64,000 bases of DNA, from the NCBI GenBank assembly GCA_964464035.1, contig CAYXEN010000002.1, positions 26,003 to 90,002 of the forward strand. Direction: 5' to 3'. Shown in pieces: positions 50,618-58,610 of this stretch; the stretch's first letter is position 1; each line of letters starts with the position of its first letter. The position numbers and the translations under genes are program-made. A model generated the notes under the pieces. It made no database searches. It saw nothing but the letters and a program-made list of their open reading frames with translations, and was not told the DNA's origin. Source of the stretch: an uncultured bacterium (GTDB taxonomy: Bacteria; Krumholzibacteriota; Krumholzibacteriia; WVZY01).

Positions 50618-51943
50618 ATGTTGCTCGAGAGGAAAACCATCAAGGGACTCTTTCTCATAGTCCTCGTCCTCTACCTCTCTCTTCGATCCGGCCCACTGTC
50701 GGCTTCATCTTCTGAAGACGGAACCAGAGCGGCGTCTTTCCTTTTCATTCCCGTGGGAGCCCGGTTGTTGAGCGGGCCGTCCATCCTGGCTCAGATGGGG
50801 CCCGACGCCTCATTGGTGTTCTCCAACCCGTCGGCACTGGCCAAGGTGGAAGGGGGGAACATGTTCCTGACGGGTTCGAACTGGCTGGACGACGTGTCCT
50901 TCAGCGCTTTCGGCATGGTCGTTCCCGGGATTCCGTACGGGTTCAAAGTGGGCATCGGAGCGCGTTTCCTATATTCCGGCGACCTCCAAGGCTACGACGA
51001 TGCTCTATCGGTGGTGAAGAGGAGCAGCTACTACGATCTGGCATTGAATCTGGCCGTAGGGCGCAGCATACCCTGGGCTAACGTAGATCTGGGGCTGGGG
51101 ACGACGCTTCTTCGTGAAAACCTCGCAGGATGGAAGGGCGACGGGTATGCACTCACATTCGGCGCCACGTACCGGCTTCGGGGCAACATAGTGGATCTAT
51201 GGCTGGAAAACATCGGCGGCAAGCTGAATTACAGGGACGTCGGATTCAAGCTCGACCGCAGGCTGAGGCTTGGATACGGCAGACTGCTGACAGTGAAGGG
51301 CGGAAACGTCAGAGTGGGCGGGGAGATGAGCGTATTTTCGTCCGGCACGAAGGAACTCGCTGTCGGCGTGGATTATCTTCTGAGCAGGCATTTCTCCCTT
51401 CGAGCGGGAATGGATCATTCGTTGACTGGATCCGAATCCAGCGGTTTTCCGCTCAAGGCCGGCTTCGGATTCCACACCAGCGGAGTTTCGGTCGACTACG
51501 CCTTCATCTCCCGAAAGTATTTCGCAGGCACGCATACCTTCTCGCTTTCCTTTCCACTCCAGCGCTTCGATGCTTCGGGCGAAAAGCGGGGCGGAGCCGT
51601 CCCGGCCGGTGTTTCGAAGAGTGCCCGTTCGGGCCCCGAAAGGGTCATGCCGGCGGGTCCGGAAAGAACAGCCCTCGAGGATCGACCGCCGCTCTCGCGT
51701 CGGGGCGAGACATCACAGGGGAGCTATTTGATCATCGGCGGCATGCACTCCCGTAAGGAGAGCGCCCAAGCCGAGGTGCAAGCGTTGCGCCGTGAAAACC
51801 TAGCTGCCGTTATAAGGGAAGTCGATGGAAGCTACCTCGTCTCTCTCGGCGAGTATACGGACAAACGCGATGCCAAGAAGGCGCTCGAGCGATTGCGGAG
51901 CGCCGGCTACGACTTCACTCTCTTCGAATTGCCCAGGCACTGA
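50618..51943 (+). CDS. PorV/PorQ-like (UPF0164/FadL-like) outer-membrane beta-barrel with C-terminal SPOR domain
   Basis: Signal peptide. N-terminal motif AASFLFIPVGARLLSGPSILAQMGPDASLVFSNPSAL, characteristic of PorV/LptO-family barrels. Alternating beta-strand pattern. C-terminal SYLIIGGMHSRKESAQAEVQALRREN...VSLGEYTDKRDAKKALERLRSAGY matches the SPOR fold. Confidence 0.55.
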   Translation: MLLERKTIKGLFLIVLVLYLSLRSGPLSASSSEDGTRAASFLFIPVGARLLSGPSILAQMGPDASLVFSNPSALAKVEGGNMFLTGSNWLDDVSFSAFGMVVPGIPYGFKVGIGARFLYSGDLQGYDDALSVVKRSSYYDLALNLAVGRSIPWANVDLGLGTTLLRENLAGWKGDGYALTFGATYRLRGNIVDLWLENIGGKLNYRDVGFKLDRRLRLGYGRLLTVKGGNVRVGGEMSVFSSGTKELAVGVDYLLSRHFSLRAGMDHSLTGSESSGFPLKAGFGFHTSGVSVDYAFISRKYFAGTHTFSLSFPLQRFDASGEKRGGAVPAGVSKSARSGPERVMPAGPERTALEDRPPLSRRGETSQGSYLIIGGMHSRKESAQAEVQALRRENLAAVIREVDGSYLVSLGEYTDKRDAKKALERLRSAGYDFTLFELPRH

Positions 51944-52279
51944 TCCTGGTGAAATCCGCACAACGCTTCCGATTCTTGACCCACTCATAAGTGCTTGATG
52001 AACAAGGCTATGCCTGCTGTCACGTTGCCGGGGCGCGGGTATTTTACCAGGCTTGAGATTACGCAAGTAGGGGATTGCCGCAAGTCAAACTTCCATGCCT
52101 GGATGGATGGGAGTAACGCACCTAGCCATAACGTGTTATGTTATTGCCGCTCAAAGTTGCGGTTTCTCGACGCGGCGGTTCCGGTGGAATCATAATTGCG
52201 TAATGCAAAATGAACAGGCTCTATCCATTAATCACATTAATTCAGTCATCGGCAACACCCAGCAAGTATCGGGGATAAT

Positions 52280-53068
52280 ATGACATATCAAACAATCAGA
52301 AAATCTCTGGGTTCCCTGCAGGTCAGATGGATCGGTCCCGGGGTCCTGGAGAGGAACAGATTCGTCGTTACGAAACGCGAATTCGACAGGACGTATTTCG
52401 CCCTGTGGAAGAGGTTCATAGATATTGCTTTTAGCCTGGCTGCAATCATCCTTCTATCTCCCTTGATGGTTATCACCGGGGCGTTGATCCGGTTGACGTC
52501 CCCCGGACCGGTCATATACAAGCAAGAGCGGATAGGGATCAATCGCAGGGTCGGTGAACGCCGCAGACGGTACGGGGGAAAGACGATCGGAGAGCGGAGA
52601 AGAAGGAAGGACAGGAGAGTACTGGCTAACTACGGGAAGCCGTTCTTCATCTACAAGTTCAGAACCATGTACGAGTCGTCGGAGGGCGGCAAGCCCCAAT
52701 GGGCCATAAAGGACGATCCCAGGATCACTCCTCTGGGGAAGATTCTCAGAAAGACCAGGATCGACGAATTGCCGCAGTTTTTCAACGTTCTCAAGGGTGA
52801 CATGAGTCTGGTCGGTCCCCGACCGGAGAGGGCGTTCTTCATCGGAAAAGTCGAACATGAAATCCCCGAGTTCCAGCTCCGCCTGCGGGCGAAGCCTGGC
52901 ATAACCGGGCTGGCGCAAGTCCGTCTGGGATACACCAACAACACCGAGGGGCTAAAGAAGAAACTCCGCTTCGATCTCGAGTACATAAGCAGGCTCAGTT
53001 TCTGGTCCGATTTCAAGATCATGCTCAAGACGATCGGTGTGGTCTTGACCGGCAAAGGCGCATGTTGA
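52280..53068 (+). CDS. Polyprenyl-phosphate sugar phosphotransferase (bacterial sugar transferase, WbaP/EpsB C-terminal domain type) with Arg-rich insertion
   Basis: TM anchor, KQERIG...GKPFFIYKFRTM...DELPQFFNVLKGDMSLVGPRP signature. A roughly 28-aa insertion NRRVGERRRRYGGKTIGERRRRKDRRVLANY splits RIG and GKPF. Confidence 0.85.
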   Translation: MTYQTIRKSLGSLQVRWIGPGVLERNRFVVTKREFDRTYFALWKRFIDIAFSLAAIILLSPLMVITGALIRLTSPGPVIYKQERIGINRRVGERRRRYGGKTIGERRRRKDRRVLANYGKPFFIYKFRTMYESSEGGKPQWAIKDDPRITPLGKILRKTRIDELPQFFNVLKGDMSLVGPRPERAFFIGKVEHEIPEFQLRLRAKPGITGLAQVRLGYTNNTEGLKKKLRFDLEYISRLSFWSDFKIMLKTIGVVLTGKGAC

Positions 53069-53104
53069 TCGCCTGCAGGACCCTCCTCCGCATCCTCTAA
53101 TGCC

Positions 53105-53133
53105 TTGACAGCACCAAGGGCGGTTGCTAGTTT
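53105..53133 (+). promoter_or_regulatory. Sigma-70 promoter candidate for the HK-RR operon
   Basis: TTGACA-17 nt-TAGTTT, about 30 nt upstream of ATG 53161. Confidence 0.35.
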
Positions 53134-53160
53134 CCTTACGAGCTAGCCGGACCATTGGAC

Positions 53161-55218
53161 ATGCCTAGATTCTACACTATCATCCATTATGCCGCCTATG
53201 GCGCGTTCCTGGCGATCATCGCCGCCCTCGTTCCATGGTACGCTTTTCTCGTCATCGCCGTGGCTTTTTCCGTTCTCCATGCGGTCTTCGTGTACAGAGG
53301 GAAGAAAAAGCGTTTCGATGAGCTTTTGCAGCACTTGAAAAACCTTCCGGGTGAAGCCGCACCGCCTCTCGATCTAAGCACGAAATCCAAGGACATCGAT
53401 CAGCAGATTTTCCACCACTTCAGGGAAGTGGCGTCCGAGCTCGAGAAAAAATGCTATCAGCTCGTTGAAAAGAACATTCAACTCTTGAGCATGAAGGAGT
53501 TGGGGTTGACCATCATATCCTCGGTGAATGAGGAGAAAGTGGTGGAGTCGGTCGAGAATTTTCTGTCGAAGGGCCTGGGGTTCAAAGAGCTGATCATTGC
53601 CATCTTCGACAACAACGAGAAGGCGTTCAACATGCATTTCTACAGGGACGCCCTGGGCAGGATAGATCAAAGGAGCGAGCTTGTAAGGCTTGGATCCCTG
53701 GAGTACATGCTTGCCAGGGCGATCATTTCCAGAAGGGCCCTTCTCATAAGGGATCCGGAGACGCATCCTCTCGGATCGATCGACGGCAGGATGATATTCG
53801 GTGACAGCACCATGAGTTCGTTCGTGCTGGTTCCTATGGTGAGGAGCACTATCGCCCTCGATTGTTGGAAAGACGAGAAATGCCTTCGCTCCGGAGAAGA
53901 AGTGGGGTTCGACACCGAGCTGGATCCCGAGATTTGTCCGGAGTGCATCAACTTCCCGATACTGGGAGTCATCGGTGTGACCGACGGGTTCAGGGCCGAG
54001 GGTTTGAGTAACGTCGATCTCGTGTCGGTGGAGACTCTCGCCCTGCAGGTCAGCACGATCCTCGAGAACACGCACCTCTACAACGATCTCAAGAAGGAAG
54101 AAACGTTTCGTGACGACGTCATCAACGGCATGACGAACGGACTCATAAGCGCCGACGTGGACGGAGAGATCGTGCTCGTGAACCAGGCGGCGGAGAACCT
54201 GTCCGGATTCACGGCCGACGAGTTGAGGGGCAGATCCTTGGACGAGATCATCATAAACGGGGGAAGGGAGAACGGAAAGGGGCCCATAGAACGCAACTTG
54301 AAAAGCGGAAGACGAAGTTTCCAGGAAGAAGCATGGCTGGTTAGAAAAGACGGGGACAGGATACCCATCATATTGAATACTTCTTTTCTGCTCGATAGTG
54401 ACGGCAATATCAACGGGATATTGGCATTGTTCTACGATCTGACCCAGATCAAGTTGATGGAGAAGAAGATTGCGCACCTCGACAAGTTGGCTGCGCTGGG
54501 GCGCTTCTCTTCGAGCATCGCGCACGAGATACGCAACCCGCTGGCGGGAATAGCGGCGGGGATACAATACATAAAACGAACGAGCGAATTGAGCGATGAA
54601 CAGAATGAGAACATATCATTCATCCTGAAGGAAGTCAGCAGGATAGATAGATTGATCGGCGATCTCATGAACGTGGTCAAAGAGGGCGATCTGATTTATC
54701 AGAAATCAAGCATTGAAAAGATCGTAGAAGATTGCATAAAGAGCCTCGATGAGCTCATAAGATGCAAGAGGGTCCGTATCAACCGGGCGTTCCCCGAGAA
54801 GAGCATGGAGGTGGACATCGACCGGGACCGGATCACACAGGTGTTCATGAACCTCATCAAGAACGCCGTAGAGGCCAGCGCAGACGGCGGGGAAGTGGAC
54901 ATCGAGGTTTCTTTCCCCAAGTTCGGCGGGGAGGTTTTGTTTGACCGCATAGGGGATTATGTTATGATAAAAATCAGGGATAGAGGGGTGGGGTTGTCGC
55001 GCGAGGAAAAGGAAAGACTATTCGAGCCCTTCTTCTCAACCAAACAAAACGGCGTCGGATTGGGTCTCTATGTCACCCACAGCTTCGTGGAGCGGCATGG
55101 AGGCTCGATCTTCGTGGAGAGTGAAAAAGGGAAGGGAACCACGTTTTCCGTCTATATACCCACAGAGAGGGCCGAGCATGGAACAGCAGGTAAAATCCGT
55201 CATCCTCTTGGTGGATGA
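53161..55218 (+). CDS. Sensor histidine kinase (2 TM, GAF, PAS, HisKA, HATPase_c); PrsK-like
   Basis: HisKA H-box RFSSSIAHEIRNPLAGI. N, G1 and G2 boxes (NLIKNAVEAS, DRGVGL, GVGLGLYV). PAS (NGMTNGLISADVDGEIVLVNQAA). GAF with Cys-rich insert. ORF is open from TTG 53155. Confidence 0.85.
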   Translation: MPRFYTIIHYAAYGAFLAIIAALVPWYAFLVIAVAFSVLHAVFVYRGKKKRFDELLQHLKNLPGEAAPPLDLSTKSKDIDQQIFHHFREVASELEKKCYQLVEKNIQLLSMKELGLTIISSVNEEKVVESVENFLSKGLGFKELIIAIFDNNEKAFNMHFYRDALGRIDQRSELVRLGSLEYMLARAIISRRALLIRDPETHPLGSIDGRMIFGDSTMSSFVLVPMVRSTIALDCWKDEKCLRSGEEVGFDTELDPEICPECINFPILGVIGVTDGFRAEGLSNVDLVSVETLALQVSTILENTHLYNDLKKEETFRDDVINGMTNGLISADVDGEIVLVNQAAENLSGFTADELRGRSLDEIIINGGRENGKGPIERNLKSGRRSFQEEAWLVRKDGDRIPIILNTSFLLDSDGNINGILALFYDLTQIKLMEKKIAHLDKLAALGRFSSSIAHEIRNPLAGIAAGIQYIKRTSELSDEQNENISFILKEVSRIDRLIGDLMNVVKEGDLIYQKSSIEKIVEDCIKSLDELIRCKRVRINRAFPEKSMEVDIDRDRITQVFMNLIKNAVEASADGGEVDIEVSFPKFGGEVLFDRIGDYVMIKIRDRGVGLSREEKERLFEPFFSTKQNGVGLGLYVTHSFVERHGGSIFVESEKGKGTTFSVYIPTERAEHGTAGKIRHPLGG

Positions 55219-56599
55219 TCAGGATACGATCAGATTCTTTCTGGAGAAGACCCTGAACCAGGAGAATTACGAGGCGATCTCGGCAAAGACGGGCGCAGAG
55301 GCCCTCGAAATGGTCCAGAAACATCTGCCTGATCTGGTATTACTCGACCTCAAGCTCCCCGACATAGACGGAATCGAGGTATTGAAACGCGTCAAGGAAC
55401 AATTCCCTGAGATATGCGTGGTGATGATCACCGCCTTCGGAGATATCGAAACGGCGGTGGATGCGATGCGCAACGGCGCGTACGATTTCGTAACCAAGCC
55501 GATCAACCTGGAACAGCTGCTCATTGTCATAAAGAAAGGCCTGGAGAGCAAGCGGCTCAGCCGCGAGATCCTGCAGCTGAAACGCTGGATGGATCTCGAG
55601 ACGGGCTTCGAATACATCATGGGGGAGAGTCCGGCGATGAAGAAGGTCTACGACGTGGTCAAGCAGGTCGCGAAGAGCGACACGACCACCGTGCTCATCG
55701 AGGGCGAGAGCGGCGTGGGCAAGGAAATGATCGCCAGGCTCATCCACCGTTACAGCAAGAGGGCGGAAAAGGCGTTTCTCGATATCAATTGCGCTTCCTT
55801 GCCGGAGCAGCTTCTGGAGAGCGAGCTCTTCGGGCATGAGAGGGGAGCGTTCACGGATGCAAAGACCCAAAAGCAAGGCCTGCTCGAACTTGCCAATCGA
55901 GGGACTCTCTTCCTGGACGAAATAGGCGAAATGAGCATGAAGATGCAGGTGAAACTGCTTCGCGTCCTGGAGAGGATGGTATTCAGGAGGGTGGGAGGCA
56001 CGACCGACATCCACGTGAGTGTGCGGATCATAAGCGCCACCAACAGGGACCTCAAGCAGGAGGTGGACGAGGGCAGATTCAGGACGGATCTCTACTACCG
56101 GCTCAAGGTCGTTCCCGTGCGGATCCCTCCCTTGCGGGAACGCAAGGAAGATCTCATGTTGTTTGCAAAGTATTTCCTCAATCATTTCAGCAAGAAATTC
56201 AACAAGCACTTCGAGGAGATAAGCAGCGAAGCCGAGGCGATTATGCTCGGCTACGATTGGCCTGGGAACATCAGAGAACTAAAGAATACCCTGGAGAGAA
56301 TCGTCCTGCTCGAGGACGATTCCGTGTTGAGGGCCGAGCACCTTCCCTTCGCCGAGCACAGGGCGGAAGATCACAGCCTCGGCAGGAAGATCGACAGGAT
56401 TCTCTCGCAACCGTTCGGGGAAGGCGGCATCGATTTCGACGGCATAGTATCCGAGCTGGAGAAGGCTCTCATCCTGAAGGCATCGGAGGAGAGCAAATGG
56501 GTGCAGAGCAGAACGGCGAGATTGCTCAACATGAAACGAGACAAGCTTCGCTACCGCCTCAAGAATCTCAAGCTGGACGATGAAAGGGAAGTGAATTAG
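55178..56599 (+). CDS. Sigma-54-dependent response regulator (REC, AAA+ sigma-54 activator, Fis HTH); PrsR-like
   Basis: REC domain (DD...DLKLPD). Walker A GESGVGKE, GAFTDA motif, ESELFGHE, C-terminal HTH. Overlaps the HK 3-prime end by 41 nt. Confidence 0.9.
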   Translation: MEQQVKSVILLVDDQDTIRFFLEKTLNQENYEAISAKTGAEALEMVQKHLPDLVLLDLKLPDIDGIEVLKRVKEQFPEICVVMITAFGDIETAVDAMRNGAYDFVTKPINLEQLLIVIKKGLESKRLSREILQLKRWMDLETGFEYIMGESPAMKKVYDVVKQVAKSDTTTVLIEGESGVGKEMIARLIHRYSKRAEKAFLDINCASLPEQLLESELFGHERGAFTDAKTQKQGLLELANRGTLFLDEIGEMSMKMQVKLLRVLERMVFRRVGGTTDIHVSVRIISATNRDLKQEVDEGRFRTDLYYRLKVVPVRIPPLRERKEDLMLFAKYFLNHFSKKFNKHFEEISSEAEAIMLGYDWPGNIRELKNTLERIVLLEDDSVLRAEHLPFAEHRAEDHSLGRKIDRILSQPFGEGGIDFDGIVSELEKALILKASEESKWVQSRTARLLNMKRDKLRYRLKNLKLDDEREVN

Positions 56600-56601
56600 A
56601 T

Positions 56602-57096
56602 TTGAAGTTCGCAGGCCGGCTTGCAATCCTCCTCTTGATACTGCCATCATGCTATTACAGCACCACGTCGCGAACCGCCAAGGGGATAAAGTCCCTCGCG
56701 GTGCCTTTCTTCAAGAACGAGACGGCCGAGCCCAATCTCGAGATCAACGTGACGGAAAGGATAATCGACAACCTCGTCGAGGACAACACCCTGGACGTGG
56801 TCGACGAGGACCGCGCGGACGCCGTGCTCGAGGGCGTAATCGTGCAATTCAGCAACGCGCCGTTCTCCTTCAATCTCGACCTGAATGCCGAGGAATACCA
56901 CGTGGTGATAACGGTCGAGATGACGCTTTTCAACCGGAGGCTGAACGAACCTATTTGGGAGAAGAAGAGGATCAAGGGCGACGGGGCCTACTTCCAGGGA
57001 ATTTCGGACGAAGGTTTCACGTACGACGACGCGCTCGAGGAAGCGATAAAGGAGATAACGGACCAGGTTCTGAACATGACGGTCCAGGATTGGTGA
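56602..57096 (+). CDS. LptE-like lipoprotein (LPS-assembly), UUG start
   Basis: Lipobox ILPSC. About 165 aa, secondary-structure pattern like LptE. Conserved position leuS-lptE-holA as in proteobacteria. Confidence 0.45.
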   Translation: MKFAGRLAILLLILPSCYYSTTSRTAKGIKSLAVPFFKNETAEPNLEINVTERIIDNLVEDNTLDVVDEDRADAVLEGVIVQFSNAPFSFNLDLNAEEYHVVITVEMTLFNRRLNEPIWEKKRIKGDGAYFQGISDEGFTYDDALEEAIKEITDQVLNMTVQDW

Positions 57097-57100
57097 CGAC

Positions 57101-58150
57101 ATGAGCGGCACGCTGCAAGGTTACAAGAAGCTCTTCGAGGGTCTCTCGCGGAGGAAGTTTCATCGCCTCTATCTCCTCTACGGTGACGAGGAATTCATGA
57201 AGAAGGAATTTCTCTCAGGCCTCATCAGGGCGGTTCTTCCCGGCGAGAATCGCGTTTTCAACCTGGATATCTTCTATGGTGACGAGTTCGATCGTGACGC
57301 CTTCGACGACAGGATGAACTCGTTTCCGCTTTTTGCGGACAACCGGATGGTGATCGTCAAGAAGTTCGACGCCCTCTCGGTTGCGAACAAGGATCATCTG
57401 ATCGAAACGACCGGCCGGATTCCGGACAGCCTCACGCTCGTCGTCGAGAGTTCTGCTTCGAAGCCCGACAACGCCCGGCTCAAGAAACTGAAAACGATAG
57501 CCGATTCGAAGGGCCTTTCGTTCCGCTTCCAGGAGCTTTCCGAAAAGGAGACCATCGACAGGGTGCGGAGCAGGATCGAAAAAGAGGGATGCAGGATCGA
57601 CGAAGACGCACTGGCGCTTCTGGTGGAGTCGGTCGGTACGGGGCTCATGGACCTCTCGAACGAAGTGGAGAAGATCCTGATGACGGTTGCGAAGGGGGAG
57701 ACGATCGACAAGGAGAAGGTGGAAGCCGTGGTCGGCAAGTATCGCGTGGAAAGCGTTTTCGCCTTCCTGGACTCCATGAAGGCGGAGTCCTTGGGCCGAA
57801 CCGTGAAGTCCATATCGAGACTGATCGACGCGGGCGAGGAACCGGTCTTCCTTATGGCGATGCTGATAAGGAGGGTCCTTCTCCTCATGCAAATGAAGGC
57901 TTTGTCGCAGGAAAGAAGAGAGGGTTCGCGCGGAACGGGGCGGCCGGAGACCGAGATCAACCCGTATATCTTCAGGATCGTCGAGCGACAGGCCGGTTTT
58001 TTCGAATACGAAGAACTTGACCTGCTCCTGGAAAATCTGATCTGGGCGGATGCATTGCTCAAGTCCTCCAAGATCGAACCGAGGATAGTTCTCGAGGAAG
58101 CGTTTCTCGCTTTCTCCTTGCGAAAAAGACTTGCCTGGCGGGCCGGTTGA
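57101..58150 (+). CDS. holA: DNA polymerase III delta subunit
   Basis: 349 aa. N-terminal YLLYGDEEFMKKEF. Delta-subunit domain organisation. Confidence 0.8.
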   Translation: MSGTLQGYKKLFEGLSRRKFHRLYLLYGDEEFMKKEFLSGLIRAVLPGENRVFNLDIFYGDEFDRDAFDDRMNSFPLFADNRMVIVKKFDALSVANKDHLIETTGRIPDSLTLVVESSASKPDNARLKKLKTIADSKGLSFRFQELSEKETIDRVRSRIEKEGCRIDEDALALLVESVGTGLMDLSNEVEKILMTVAKGETIDKEKVEAVVGKYRVESVFAFLDSMKAESLGRTVKSISRLIDAGEEPVFLMAMLIRRVLLLMQMKALSQERREGSRGTGRPETEINPYIFRIVERQAGFFEYEELDLLLENLIWADALLKSSKIEPRIVLEEAFLAFSLRKRLAWRAG

Positions 58151-58237
58151 TATTATAAGGAGTAATTGCGTTCCCTGATCGAAATCTATCTGGCAGTCTC
58201 ACCGTTTCCAGCAAAGACTATAGGGGGTTGTAAGGTC

Positions 58238-58567
58238 ATGTCACACAATGACATAAAAGAAGTCACCGACGGGAATTTCGACGAAGAAGTGAAGCGGTCC
58301 CGGGTTCCGGTGGTGATCGATTTCTGGGCCCCGTGGTGCGGGCCTTGCAAGATGGTCACGCCGATCCTCGAGAAATTGGCCGTGAAATACAAGGATTCGA
58401 TAAAGTTTCTGTCGATGAATGTTGATGAGCAGCGTTCGAAGCCAGCCGAATACGCAATCAGGAGTATTCCCACCCTCCTGTTCTTCAAGGACGGCGAAAT
58501 CAAGAACCAGATGATCGGCGCGCAGAGCGAAGAGAAGATCGAGGAAGCCGTCAAGCAATTGCTCTGA
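58238..58567 (+). CDS. trxA: Thioredoxin
   Basis: WCGPCK active site, 109 aa. GGGGG/AAGG RBS. Confidence 0.9.
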   Translation: MSHNDIKEVTDGNFDEEVKRSRVPVVIDFWAPWCGPCKMVTPILEKLAVKYKDSIKFLSMNVDEQRSKPAEYAIRSIPTLLFFKDGEIKNQMIGAQSEEKIEEAVKQLL

Positions 58568-58610
58568 GAGATCGTTCCCCCGAAGCAGTACGGTGAAAGC
58601 AGGATGATGC

